DNA of 59,884 bases from Candidatus Micrarchaeota archaeon (GCA_016212375.1 JACRGH010000010.1:1-59884); one strand, 5' to 3'. Shown: positions 35,148-45,044, counted from the stretch's first letter. Notes: generated by a model not told the origin, from the sequence alone. Numbers and translations are program-made.

Positions 35148-35846
35148 TTACCGCACCGCCTCATACGAGCGCATCGGCTTTCGCACCAGCGCGTACTGCA
35201 TCCAGTTCTGCACGTGGAAGCCCACGAATTTGGGGTAGCCCCAGGAGCGCAGACGGCGGGCCGAGATGTAGGCCACGGCGTCTTCCACATACACGTTCCG
35301 GCCGTATTGGAGGGCACGGCGTTGCAAATCCACGTCTTCGGCGGTGACCAGGTCCGTATTGAAGCCGCCCATTTTTTTGAAAATATCGGAGCGGATGGCC
35401 AAATTGGAGCCTGCCCCCGAGGGGTAGCCCAATTGAAGTGCGGTTTTAAAAAGTTTGGGCGCGATGCGGTCGGTCATGAACTGTTCCAAGCGGTTGGCGT
35501 CGTTGAACAAAACTTTGCCATGAGTGCAGGACACCCCCGCATTGGCAAAAGGCCGCAACAAGTCCAATAGCCAGTCTTTCGGGTAATACGAATCGCCGTC
35601 CGCAAATACCAGCCAGCGTCCGGATGCTTTGTCGGCACCGGCTTGCCGTCCTGCGGCAATGGTGCGCTTGCGTTCGATGACAACGGAGTCGGCCCACGCT
35701 CGGGCAATGTCCAAGGTGCCATCGGTACTGCCGCCGTCTGCCACGATAATCTCGTCCGCGGCAAAGGATTGGCTACGGAGGGAGTCCAAACAGCGCTCCA
35801 GGTGTTCTTCCTCATTGTAGGTCGGCACTATGACGGATGCGAGCAT
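35148..35846 (-). CDS. family 2 glycosyltransferase
   Basis: Trimmed to the ATG at 35846. VIVPTYNEEEHLERCLDSL...IIVADGGSTDGT...FADGD is the typical GT2 (DxD) pattern. Confidence 0.85.
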   Translation of the reverse strand: MLASVIVPTYNEEEHLERCLDSLRSQSFAADEIIVADGGSTDGTLDIARAWADSVVIERKRTIAAGRQAGADKASGRWLVFADGDSYYPKDWLLDLLRPFANAGVSCTHGKVLFNDANRLEQFMTDRIAPKLFKTALQLGYPSGAGSNLAIRSDIFKKMGGFNTDLVTAEDVDLQRRALQYGRNVYVEDAVAYISARRLRSWGYPKFVGFHVQNWMQYALVRKPMRSYEAVR

Positions 35847-36052
35847 GGGAGTGATTGGCGCGGCCGAATTAGAAAAAGCTTTGGTAAAGCGGTTGGAAAA
35901 AAATGCAATCAACAAAAACCAAGTCGGAGACTTTTTATAGAGGGAAAGAGTACTTCTGACACCCACAAAACTGGAATAAACCAAAAAATCAGTGCAAAAA
36001 AAAATTCCAGAAATCAATCCACAAAAAGACCACCAAAGAGCCCACCCACCCC

Positions 36053-36829
36053 ATGGACCTCGTCAATTTCGTCGTGCAGCCGACCTGGAAGGAACTATTG
36101 ATTGAATTGGTCTCCACCGAACAGATGGATCCTTGGGACATCGATGTCGGACTGGTTGCGCAAAAATATTTGGAATTGGTCCGAGGCATGCAGTCCATGG
36201 ACCTGCGGGTTCCGGCCAACGTGGTCCTGGCCGCCGCATTGCTGTTGCGGTTCAAATCCGAAAATCTTATGGTGGAAGACGAAACCGAAGATGCCGACAC
36301 CTTCGAGGAACAGGCGTTGCGCGACGAAATCCTGCCCGAATTGGTCTTCCGCGTCAACCGCCCCAGACGGCGGCGCATGACTCTTGACGAATTGATGAAA
36401 TCGTTGGAAGACGTCATCCGAAAAGGCCGCAAAACCCCCCCGCCGCGCCAATTCCTACCCACCTTGCTTATCGAAGTGCCGGAATTGGACATGGACCAAA
36501 AAATGCAGAAAGTCTACGACAAAGTGTTATCCTTGAAGGATTCGGAAGGCATCGTCCTGTTTTCCAATTTATTGGAAGAAAAAAACGCCGAACAAATCGC
36601 CCGTCATTTGTTGCCCGTGCTGCACCTGGTACAGGACCACAAAATCCATGCTTGGCAGGACCGGTTTTTCGGCGAGATTTTCATCAAAATCCTGGACGGG
36701 ACGCCGGCACCGATACCCGTAGGTTCGGAATCGGAAGACTCGATTTTAACTCAAGCCAATGCCATTGAAATACCGGCCCCCATACCCCCAGAACAACCGG
36801 CGGATACACAACCCGTGAAGGCAGGTTAA
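36053..36829 (+). CDS. scpA: segregation and condensation protein A (kleisin ScpA-like)
   Basis: N-terminal LIELVSTEQMDPWDIDVGLVAQKYLELV...VPANVVLAAALLLRFKSE matches the ScpA N-terminal pattern. A winged-helix-like C-terminus is plausible. Confidence 0.75.
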   Translation: MDLVNFVVQPTWKELLIELVSTEQMDPWDIDVGLVAQKYLELVRGMQSMDLRVPANVVLAAALLLRFKSENLMVEDETEDADTFEEQALRDEILPELVFRVNRPRRRRMTLDELMKSLEDVIRKGRKTPPPRQFLPTLLIEVPELDMDQKMQKVYDKVLSLKDSEGIVLFSNLLEEKNAEQIARHLLPVLHLVQDHKIHAWQDRFFGEIFIKILDGTPAPIPVGSESEDSILTQANAIEIPAPIPPEQPADTQPVKAG

Positions 36830-36926
36830 CGCCCGCCAAAAAAAAAACCGTTAAAAAAACCACGGTCAGTCTCAAAAAAACAGTGCTAAAAACGCGGAGC
36901 GTACGCTAGGAAAAAAGCGCACAAAA

Positions 36927-38459
36927 TCATTTGCGTGCCGGGGACACCGGTACTACGGGACTTGGCGAAACGGGTGCAAACCGCGTCATCAGGGGGCGCA
37001 ATTGAATCCGCTTTTTGTCGCGGTGCGGCATCGATACCACCGTCTCGTTCGGACCCACCAAGTCCAGTTCCAACGTGGGGCTGAAGCGCAAGTCGGCCTC
37101 ATGTTCAGCGGGTAAGGCCAAAGCCACGCACGCCGGAACGGCAGCTTGGAGCCGTTCAGTCAAAAGGTTAGCCGGACGGTCAAAAACCGCCAAGACCGAG
37201 GGAGTGCTTCGGTCCGCATTTTTCAAAGGGGACAGCATGGACAGGGCGACCATTTCGGCCAATGCCGGGTCCTTGCCGCGCAAATCCACGTGGAAGACTT
37301 TGGAGCCGAAGTCCCAAGGCGCGGACAAATCGGAAAACGAATTCTTGCCGAACGTCGAGGGGAAGGCCGTTTGCAGGCACCGGAGGGCCCGGGCGGCTTT
37401 GCGCAACGCGTACTGGGTGGCCGGCTTTGCTTCCGGCAACGTTTCCGCACGCTGGATGAGGTCCTCCAGGCTGGACGCGTCGGCATAGATGCGCTCCAAG
37501 ACCGCACGGATGTCCTTATTGGACAGGCCCGATAAGGACTCGAACACCGCAAGCGGCAACTGGCGCAAATCAATCAGAAGGCCTTGGCCCAAGGCGTAGG
37601 ATTTGAAGGAATATGCCGCCGTCGGAAAACTGAGACCGAATTTTTCCAAGTCTTTTGGTTTTTCGCCAAGGACGCCGAGTCCGGAAAAAATCCCGGAACC
37701 GTCAAAGACCATGCACGGAACGCCGGTGGAAAGTGCCGCTTCGCACACCGCGGCCAAAGCGCGTAAACGGTCCGGATGCGTACCACCCAACACGGCAATC
37801 TTGGACACGTCGGAAAGCCCGGCCTCCACTCCCTGGCCCGACGCGTCAATACCCAGGAAGAAACGGGACAATTTACGGGAAGAGGGGACCGAAACGGATT
37901 CCGACGGCGTGATGCTGGACAGGGCGAACAAGGTGAATGGATCCCCCAGCAGCGCTTCGGTCTGGGTGTCGTTGGGATGCAATTCGGTGACCTTGAAATC
38001 ATACGAGGCTGAGGCCGTGAACAAAACCTTGGTCAGGCCGGATATTTCCGCGTACTGGCGCTGGATGACCTTGATCAAGTCGGCTTGGGTGTACGGCACA
38101 TAGTAGGGCGTGGATTCCAACAGGAGATATTTGACGTGCCGGCCGGCGGACAGTTTTTCAATCAACGTGATTTCGCGCTGCTGGGTGGCGGCGAATGATT
38201 CGGTCTTGCCTTCGACCAACAAGGGCTTCTTTAACAACACCAGCATCCCGTTGATGTTTTTTTCCGATTTGTCAAAGACCGTCAGCATGACCATGTTTTC
38301 GGCGTTGACGTATACGCTTAACGGATGGCCCGTCCATTGGGCGGATGCAAGGCGGGTCCACGGTCCGAACGGCAAGGAAAGTTCTTCAGCCATAGGAGCT
38401 GGTAACGAAGTCCGGATTAATAAAAGGCGTGAAAACGAAGCCATTTGACCCCAAGCCAC
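36927..38459 (-). CDS. hypothetical protein, possible HerA/DUF87-like fold with degenerate P-loop
   Basis: 510-aa ORF with an uncertain start (GTG 38459, ATG 38444 or ATG 38393). AVLGGTHPDRLRALAAVCEAALSTGVPCMVFDGSGIF resembles the HerA Walker A region, but GKS/T is replaced. VLAVFDRP sits where Walker B would be. Confidence 0.65.
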   Translation of the reverse strand: MAWGQMASFSRLLLIRTSLPAPMAEELSLPFGPWTRLASAQWTGHPLSVYVNAENMVMLTVFDKSEKNINGMLVLLKKPLLVEGKTESFAATQQREITLIEKLSAGRHVKYLLLESTPYYVPYTQADLIKVIQRQYAEISGLTKVLFTASASYDFKVTELHPNDTQTEALLGDPFTLFALSSITPSESVSVPSSRKLSRFFLGIDASGQGVEAGLSDVSKIAVLGGTHPDRLRALAAVCEAALSTGVPCMVFDGSGIFSGLGVLGEKPKDLEKFGLSFPTAAYSFKSYALGQGLLIDLRQLPLAVFESLSGLSNKDIRAVLERIYADASSLEDLIQRAETLPEAKPATQYALRKAARALRCLQTAFPSTFGKNSFSDLSAPWDFGSKVFHVDLRGKDPALAEMVALSMLSPLKNADRSTPSVLAVFDRPANLLTERLQAAVPACVALALPAEHEADLRFSPTLELDLVGPNETVVSMPHRDKKRIQLRPLMTRFAPVSPSPVVPVSPARK

Positions 38460-38717
38460 ACGGCAAACCGCGTCTTAAAAAAACGAACCCGGAAAGTCGG
38501 AACCGCGCATAAGAATAATTTAATACAATAATATTCCTAAAAGAATAATCCGCCCCCTTTTCTTCCCGGCCCACCAAGACAATGACGGGGCAATGAAGAA
38601 ACCGTCCCAGTCCGAGTAAGCCAACGATGACGAACGAGGTAGCTACCAAGCCCCATTCTTTCATTTCCAATGGCAAACGGAAGTGGAAAAATCATTCTAT
38701 TTTAGCGCAAGCTTTGT

Positions 38718-39716
38718 TTAGTCCAACGAGAACCGGTACAGCGTGAACCCGGCCGGAACGTCCATTCGGATTTCACTTTCTTCCGGCAGATTTCGGGCCA
38801 AGTCGTATAGGCCGGCGCTCGTTGCCGAAAAAACGGTCAGACCATCCTGCTCAACCATGGCAGCGCCGCGCTGTGCGATAGAAAGCGGCAAGTTCGACTC
38901 AAAGACCTTGACGGTTCCAAACGCCTGAGCGACGAGCGAAAGCCGGGACACATTGGTTAGGACCAGACGGATTTGGCCCTGCGTTTGCGCACGGATGAAG
39001 TCGCCACCGACGTACCATTTGCCGAATAATTCGGGAACAAAGGGTATTGGCTGCACTGAAAACAGGTAATCGGCTTCACGATAGGGCGTCCAATTCTTAC
39101 GGATGCCCTGGACCGACGTTTCATAACCCGTATAGATGCGCCTTACACTTGATGGCGAAACCGTTGGAAAAACAGTGGAATTTCCAGAGGCCAATTGGTA
39201 TAGGGGTCCGCCTAACGATGCATCCGCCCGATTGGCTGAATACAACATGGTCCCGTTTGCGGCGATGACATAAAGGATGTTTTGGGACCGGTTGGAATAC
39301 GCGGACCACAAAACGCCCTGATGGTCCAAGGCAACCGGGCCCTGCAGACGCAAGCGGGTAACGTCCGATTGGGCCACCGCAACATCCCGCTCAAATGCGA
39401 ATTCCGGCGCATGGACCCAGACCCAATTCAGACCCGAGCGGCGGCTCCAATTGCGGGCCAAATCCATGCCGTCACCCAAACAGCGCTCGCAGGTGCCGGA
39501 CCAAAAATACACCACGGTCGGCGTGCCCTGCAAATCGGACCAGGAAAGCGCTTCGGAGTTGAGCCATCCGGTGGCGTTGTGCCAATCGGAAAAGGAAGAA
39601 AACCCGGAAGGCGCAAAAGGCGACGCAAAAACCAGGGCCAAACCGACGAGCAGGACGATGAGCGCCCCTACGGCGATGGCGGGTTTTGAGGCAAGATGTT
39701 TTTTCATATAGGCCAA
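38718..39716 (-). CDS. membrane-anchored DipZ-type thioredoxin-like protein with C-terminal beta-rich domain
   Basis: WLNSEALSWSDLQGTPTVVYFWSGTCERC...VWVHAPEFAFE...PVALDHQGVLWSAY matches the TlpA/DipZ thioredoxin-domain pattern. One N-terminal TM helix. Confidence 0.8.
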   Translation of the reverse strand: MAYMKKHLASKPAIAVGALIVLLVGLALVFASPFAPSGFSSFSDWHNATGWLNSEALSWSDLQGTPTVVYFWSGTCERCLGDGMDLARNWSRRSGLNWVWVHAPEFAFERDVAVAQSDVTRLRLQGPVALDHQGVLWSAYSNRSQNILYVIAANGTMLYSANRADASLGGPLYQLASGNSTVFPTVSPSSVRRIYTGYETSVQGIRKNWTPYREADYLFSVQPIPFVPELFGKWYVGGDFIRAQTQGQIRLVLTNVSRLSLVAQAFGTVKVFESNLPLSIAQRGAAMVEQDGLTVFSATSAGLYDLARNLPEESEIRMDVPAGFTLYRFSLD

Positions 39717-39881
39717 GCAACGTACGGTGAATTATTATTGATTTGCCAAGGGCGAATGGGAAAAAAAGGCACCTTCGGTAAAAAAATGCCGAAAAACCGG
39801 ACGTCGCTTCGGAGTAAACCCGAGGCGAACGCCTGAGCAAAACCCCCTCGTTTATTACCTCATTTTTGCCCAATCCATGAT

Positions 39882-40691
39882 ATGGCCGTCGAACTGGACG
39901 CCCGGGCGTTCAAGGCATTATCCTCACCCACCCGGGTGGAACTGTTGAAAAAATTACGCCATAAGCCGCGTAGCCTCACGTCGCTGGCCTATGAATCCAA
40001 ATTAAGCGTACAGGCCACGGACGAGCATTTGCACAAATTGGTGACCGCCGGTTTGGTGGAAAAAGACAAGAAAAGCAAGTGGGCCTACTATCAATTGACG
40101 CCCGCAGGCGCAAGCTTGGTCCGGACCGACCGCCAGCCCGTTTACCTGATGTTGGCCGTTTCAGTGATGCTACTGCTAGCCGCGGCGATTACCTGGAACC
40201 AAAGTTTCAACGTGCCGGAGTTCAAGTCCGGTAATGCCGGCGCACTCAAAGCAGTAGATGACTTGCCGACGATAACTTCGGAAAGCCGAAGCCCCGCCCA
40301 AAGAGCAAACCAAGATAGCATTGCAAGCGCAAACACCGCTGCGACATCAACGTCCGCAAGTATCACAAACGACCAAACAAGTGGCGCAAACGCACCCATG
40401 CTGGCCGTAAGCAAAGCGATTGCCGATTCAAACGACACGCAAATCAAAAATGAATCCGCCGCCAACGCGTCAGCAACCGCGTCTGAAACCGAGATACCTT
40501 CGAAAAACGCCAAAGCGAACGCCGAAGGGATTCCGGCTACATCGGCCCAAGCAAATGCGGACGTTGCCCAACCGGTGAACCAAAACAAGCCGGACCCCAT
40601 GCCGGCATCCGGAATTCCTTGGCCCGCGGTATTCGGGATCGGCGGATTGGTAAGTCTTGCGCTGGCAGCCCGTTGGTGGCGCAACGCTTAA
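39882..40691 (+). CDS. membrane-tethered ArsR-type winged-helix protein
   Basis: N-terminal wHTH (FKALSSPTRVELLKKLRHKPRSLTSLAYESKLSVQATDEHLHKLVTAGLV), one TM helix, about 120 aa of A/S/N/T-rich low-complexity sequence, and a second TM helix at the C-terminus. Confidence 0.75.
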   Translation: MAVELDARAFKALSSPTRVELLKKLRHKPRSLTSLAYESKLSVQATDEHLHKLVTAGLVEKDKKSKWAYYQLTPAGASLVRTDRQPVYLMLAVSVMLLLAAAITWNQSFNVPEFKSGNAGALKAVDDLPTITSESRSPAQRANQDSIASANTAATSTSASITNDQTSGANAPMLAVSKAIADSNDTQIKNESAANASATASETEIPSKNAKANAEGIPATSAQANADVAQPVNQNKPDPMPASGIPWPAVFGIGGLVSLALAARWWRNA

Positions 40692-40721
40692 AGGGAAAAA
40701 AACCGAACAATAAGTAACCCC

Positions 40722-41894
40722 ATGATTGATTTCGCTTCCACCATCGAATTCCAAATCAGCCTGCTTCTGTTCGTATCGTTGTTGGGCTACTTTGTCGCCG
40801 CCCGCTTCGGACAGAGCATCGTCATCGGCCAGATCCTCGTCGGCATCATCATGGGGCCCAGCGTGCTGAAACTCATCACGTATACGGACTTCATCGAAAA
40901 ATTGGCCACCATGGGCGCCATTTTCCTGTTGTTCGTTGTGGGACTGCAGACCAAATACAAAGACATCGCCAACGTCCGCTCGTTCATCATCGCATTCTTG
41001 GGAGTCATCATCCCTTGGGCCGGCGGATTCGCCGTCTCCAAGGCGTTCGGCTACCCCACGGCGGAAGCCATTTTCGTGGGTACGGCATTGACGGCAACGT
41101 CCATCGCCATTACCGCCCAGGTCCTTAAGGAAATGGGCAAACTGGACACTCCAGCTGCCAATGCCATCATCGGCGCCGCCGTGGTGGATGACGTGCTGGC
41201 CTTGTTGGCGTTATCATTGACCAAGGAATTTTTGACCGGACAAATCAACAATTCAAGTTTGGGTTTTAGCATCACCGTTGCGTTGGTATTCCTCGGTGCG
41301 GGCCTTTTCATCGGGACAAAAATCATCAACCCAAAACTTGAAAAATTCGACCAATGGGCCAAAAAGCATCGCGTCGAAAAAGCGACGTTCATCGGCGCCA
41401 TCGCATTTGCATTCGCGTACGCATTGGTTGCCGAGGCGGTGGGACTTTCGGCCATCGTAGGCGCGTTCATTGCGGGCGTATCGTTGGAAAGCCTGAAAAT
41501 CAAAAGCTACCGTGAAGGTTCCGAATACTTGGAAGCCATCTTTGCCGGGATATTTTTCGTCTCCTTGGGCATATTGGTCAACTTGTCCGCCGCCTCCGGT
41601 GCGGGCATTTTCCTGCTGGCGCTTTCGGGCGTTGCCATCGTGACCAAATTGGCTGGCGGCTGGATTGGGGCCACACTTACCGGACTTAAAAGAAATGACG
41701 CACTCATCGTGGGGCTCGGCATGATTCCGCGCGGAGAAATCGCCATCATCGCCGCGCTCTACGGCCTTACCGCCGGAATCATCGGCCAGGAAATCTACGC
41801 CGCCATTTTGGCCATGAGCATCATTACGACGGTAATCGCACCGGCGTTATTGCAACGGGCGTTCCATGGGAAAAACAAGGTCGGAAGCCTCTAG
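40722..41894 (+). CDS. cation:proton antiporter (CPA2 / Kef-NapA type Na+/H+ exchanger family)
   Basis: 390 aa, about 11-12 TM helices, with typical motifs (GQILVGIIMGPS, ATSIAIT, PRGEIAII). Confidence 0.9.
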   Translation: MIDFASTIEFQISLLLFVSLLGYFVAARFGQSIVIGQILVGIIMGPSVLKLITYTDFIEKLATMGAIFLLFVVGLQTKYKDIANVRSFIIAFLGVIIPWAGGFAVSKAFGYPTAEAIFVGTALTATSIAITAQVLKEMGKLDTPAANAIIGAAVVDDVLALLALSLTKEFLTGQINNSSLGFSITVALVFLGAGLFIGTKIINPKLEKFDQWAKKHRVEKATFIGAIAFAFAYALVAEAVGLSAIVGAFIAGVSLESLKIKSYREGSEYLEAIFAGIFFVSLGILVNLSAASGAGIFLLALSGVAIVTKLAGGWIGATLTGLKRNDALIVGLGMIPRGEIAIIAALYGLTAGIIGQEIYAAILAMSIITTVIAPALLQRAFHGKNKVGSL

Positions 41895-41976
41895 CGCACA
41901 ACAGCGGAATTAAAAAAAAAGGATGACGCGGAAGTTGGAAAAAAAACGTTCACGGCTTGGGCACCGGATGGCCGTC

Positions 41977-42126
41977 TCAGTAAACCGGGGTGCCCGATAG
42001 GGCGATGGTGTTGCCCACGGCCAAATAGCCGATGCCTAAAAAAACGATAAGTTGGTCATATGGGATGCCGCCGGCCAAGGCAATCAAAACGGCCAAAACG
42101 GCATATGACTTGACGACGAGGTCCAT
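41977..42126 (-). CDS. possible 49-aa two-TM mini membrane protein
   Basis: Translated by eye: MDLVVKSYAVLAVLIALAGGIPYDQLIVFLGIGYLAVGNTIALSGTPVY. No SD element. Lies in an otherwise empty 380-nt gap. Confidence 0.3.
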   Translation of the reverse strand: MDLVVKSYAVLAVLIALAGGIPYDQLIVFLGIGYLAVGNTIALSGTPVY

Positions 42127-42273
42127 GACGTCTTGACGGTGGCAAAAACACTATTTAACGCTTTTTTTCAGGAAAACATCGGCCGAACGGGTCCGACCCA
42201 AATAAGGTTCTATTCAGTTCGGGGCAAAACGCCAAGAGAAACCTATTAATCCGTTTTCTCCGTAATAGGCCGC

Positions 42274-43050
42274 ATGAGTCCCATAAAAATACCAGTTGCC
42301 TCTCGCATTACCCAACGTGGCGCAATGAGTGTCAACTCCGGATTGCAAGGCATGGAACAAAACCGCCTGCGCGAGCAAGGCCTGTTGTTGGAAATGCGCG
42401 AAATCCAACAGATGGCCGAAAGCCGCATTTTTGCTTCCCGCGCCCGCCAACGAAGCAGCCAATTGATGGAGCGGGAGAAATTCGAAAGGCAGCAAGAAGA
42501 AAAACAGGTGGCCGACTTGGCCTTGCGTGAAGGCAAGATGAGCATCTGGATGGAATACAAGCAACAACAAGTCCAGGCCGAGCGTTTGCAAAAAATCCAG
42601 GAATTCAAGGACATGTTCACGCACGTGGAACTGGAAAAAGAGCTGAAAAACGCCTACAAGAAAACGCACGCCGCGCAACTTTCGGCATGGGTTCACGAAC
42701 AAATCATGGCCCATCCGGAGACGCTCGAATTGCTTAAGGAAAAAGATGCCATCCGGACACTTGGAAACCGGATGTTCATCGGGAAAAAAGCCATGGGTTG
42801 GGCCGTGTGGTCCGGACGGCACAGACTTCAAATTCTGGACCTGATCCACCGGCATGAAGGCGATATGGAACGAATCAAATCAGGCTACAGGGCATGGCTA
42901 GGCGCCCCATCCGGAAACATCCGATTGATAAACACGAATAAGGAAATGGCCACTTGGGCGGCCATGGCTAAAAAACGCATTCAAAATGCATTCCAACGAA
43001 AAAACGGAAGACCGACGAACACGCAGACCCAAAGACGAAAAGCCGCCTAA
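42274..43050 (+). CDS. hypothetical coiled-coil protein
   Basis: 258-aa ORF rich in E/K/Q/R heptad-like sequence. Preferred over the overlapping antisense ORF 42214..42855, whose composition looks non-protein-like. Confidence 0.5.
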   Translation: MSPIKIPVASRITQRGAMSVNSGLQGMEQNRLREQGLLLEMREIQQMAESRIFASRARQRSSQLMEREKFERQQEEKQVADLALREGKMSIWMEYKQQQVQAERLQKIQEFKDMFTHVELEKELKNAYKKTHAAQLSAWVHEQIMAHPETLELLKEKDAIRTLGNRMFIGKKAMGWAVWSGRHRLQILDLIHRHEGDMERIKSGYRAWLGAPSGNIRLINTNKEMATWAAMAKKRIQNAFQRKNGRPTNTQTQRRKAA

Positions 43051-43068
43051 AAAACGGAAACAAGGAAA

Positions 43069-44403
43069 ATGACGATGACTCCGATAGATTTTTTGACCAT
43101 CGACGACTTCGACCCGAACGGCAAGACCGTATTGATCCGCGTGGACATCAACGCGGCGATTGAAAAGGGCCGCATCCAGGACTCGGAGCGGTTGGAGGCG
43201 CATGGACGGACCATCCAAGAGCTTTGCGAAAAAGGCGCCAAAGTCGTCGTCATGGCTCATCAGGGCCGAGCGGATGACAAGGATTATGCGCGGCTGGACC
43301 AACACGCCATTTTGCTATCGAAGCACGTCAACCGCAAGGTCAAATACGTCTCCGATTTATCGGGCAAACCCACACTCGCCGCAATCAAGAAGCTGACGCC
43401 CGGAAAAGTCATCCTATTGGAAAACATCCGCATGTACGCGGAAGAGGGCTTGGACGGCAAAAAGAAGCCGTTTGAAAAAGCGCTTTTTGTCCAAGAATTA
43501 TCCTCGGTTTGCGACGTCTTTGTCAACGACGCGTTCAGTGCGGCCCACCGCGCTCAGACCTCCCTCATGGGATTCACCCACACCTTACCGTCGTATGCCG
43601 GACGTGTAATGCAACACGAGTACGAAGCCATCCAAAAAGCCACGGCCCACGCCAAACGCCCCGTCGTCCAACTTTTGGGCGGCGGCAAACCGGATGAGCC
43701 GCTAGGTTTAATGGAGTACGCACTGGAGCACGACCAAGCGGATAAGATTCTGACCTCCGGCGTTCTTGGGGAACTGTGTTTGATGGCCAAAGGGAAAAAG
43801 TTGGGCCAAAAAGAGTGGTGGCTCAAGGAACAGGGGTATTTGGCATACATGCCGAAAGTCCAGGCATTGATGAAAAAACACGAGGACAAAATCGACGTGC
43901 CGGGCGACTTTGCCTACGCCGATGAACACGGCATCCGAGTGGAAGTGAAGCTTGAGCAGTTGCCGGACTTACAGCAAAACGTCTTTGATATCGGCACCAA
44001 CACCGCCCGCGCCTACGGCCGCGAAATTCACGCCGCCAAGACCATCTATCTAAAAGGCCCGCTGGGCGCTTACGAACAAAAAGCGTTTGAACTCGGCACC
44101 CGCATGGTCATGGAATCCATGATGGAAACCAAAGGCTTTACACTGCTGGGAGGAGGACACACCATCACCGCCTTGAAAAAATTCGGCTTCCCGTTCAAGA
44201 AATTCGGCCACGTTTCCTTGGCAGGAGGGGCCTTGTTGGAGATGTTGCAGGGAAAGAAACTGCCAGCAATTGAGGCCTTGAAGGAATCGGCACGGAAGAT
44301 TGGGTACGCGCAAGCGGCCAACGCGACAACAACATCAGACTGCGCATCCGCGATTACCGTATCCGAAGCTACGGAGCCCAGACATAAGGAAAATTCAGGT
44401 TAA
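43069..44403 (+). CDS. pgk: phosphoglycerate kinase
   Basis: VLIRVDINAAI..., HQGR, GGGKPDE and LLGGGHT motifs of archaeal-type PGK. About 30 extra residues at the C-terminus. Confidence 0.92.
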   Translation: MTMTPIDFLTIDDFDPNGKTVLIRVDINAAIEKGRIQDSERLEAHGRTIQELCEKGAKVVVMAHQGRADDKDYARLDQHAILLSKHVNRKVKYVSDLSGKPTLAAIKKLTPGKVILLENIRMYAEEGLDGKKKPFEKALFVQELSSVCDVFVNDAFSAAHRAQTSLMGFTHTLPSYAGRVMQHEYEAIQKATAHAKRPVVQLLGGGKPDEPLGLMEYALEHDQADKILTSGVLGELCLMAKGKKLGQKEWWLKEQGYLAYMPKVQALMKKHEDKIDVPGDFAYADEHGIRVEVKLEQLPDLQQNVFDIGTNTARAYGREIHAAKTIYLKGPLGAYEQKAFELGTRMVMESMMETKGFTLLGGGHTITALKKFGFPFKKFGHVSLAGGALLEMLQGKKLPAIEALKESARKIGYAQAANATTTSDCASAITVSEATEPRHKENSG

Positions 44404-44406
44404 ACG

Positions 44407-44985
44407 ATGATGGACACCCTGGAAAAATGGGCTAAAATAACCCGGGAAAAAAAATACCTGAAACAGATTTTTCTGTTTTCCTCCGCTTTTCTCGTAGTTT
44501 TGTTTTACGGGTTAAAATCCGACGCCATATTTCTTCAGCCATTCACCCCGATCATGGCATGCGCAGTCCTTATCTTGATTTTGGACTTGTTCGTTTCCCC
44601 TATAAAAAATCTGGCTGAAAGTGATTTGCCCAAAGGTGAAAAATTCATCGGCATGGCCCACGGACAGCAAAGCAGCATATCACCCGATTCGATTGACTAC
44701 GAATACATGCTCAGCGACCGGCGCATCATCGTCCGGTCCATTTTCGGAGTGGACTGGTACGATCTCAAGGACATCCAAAAAATTGATGCACCCAATAGCC
44801 AATTTCTCTCAAGCGAAAAAAACGTTAAAATAGTATTTTGCAAAGGCTCCCCGAGCGAAAGGAAACTGCAAACATCGAACCACATCGACCGGATTTTTTT
44901 TGGGGACGCTTTTTCAATCAAACAAAACGAAGCCGACTCGTTTTACAAGAACCTGCAGCAGGCCGTGGCAAAGGCCAAGAAATAA
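44407..44985 (+). CDS. hypothetical membrane protein (two N-terminal TM helices + soluble domain)
   Basis: 192-aa ORF starting 3 nt after the pgk stop. No motif recognised. Confidence 0.6.
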   Translation: MMDTLEKWAKITREKKYLKQIFLFSSAFLVVLFYGLKSDAIFLQPFTPIMACAVLILILDLFVSPIKNLAESDLPKGEKFIGMAHGQQSSISPDSIDYEYMLSDRRIIVRSIFGVDWYDLKDIQKIDAPNSQFLSSEKNVKIVFCKGSPSERKLQTSNHIDRIFFGDAFSIKQNEADSFYKNLQQAVAKAKK

Positions 44986-45044
44986 TTCACCTCCAGGTAC
45001 CTCCGCAAACCGCTTAAACCTCCAGCCGCCTGAAATCTCCACAC

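Noticed and set aside
38386-38676. 96-aa reverse-strand ORF upstream of the 510-aa gene
   Set aside because: It runs through a very AT-rich stretch that looks like a promoter (aatattattgtattaaattattc). Its sequence after the first hydrophobic segment looks non-protein-like. It may only reflect an open frame in the leader.
42214-42855. 213-aa reverse-strand ORF
   Set aside because: It overlaps the plus-strand coiled-coil ORF almost completely. It has Phe/Leu/His/Gln-biased composition typical of the antisense of an E/K/Q-rich gene. No SD-like element was seen.
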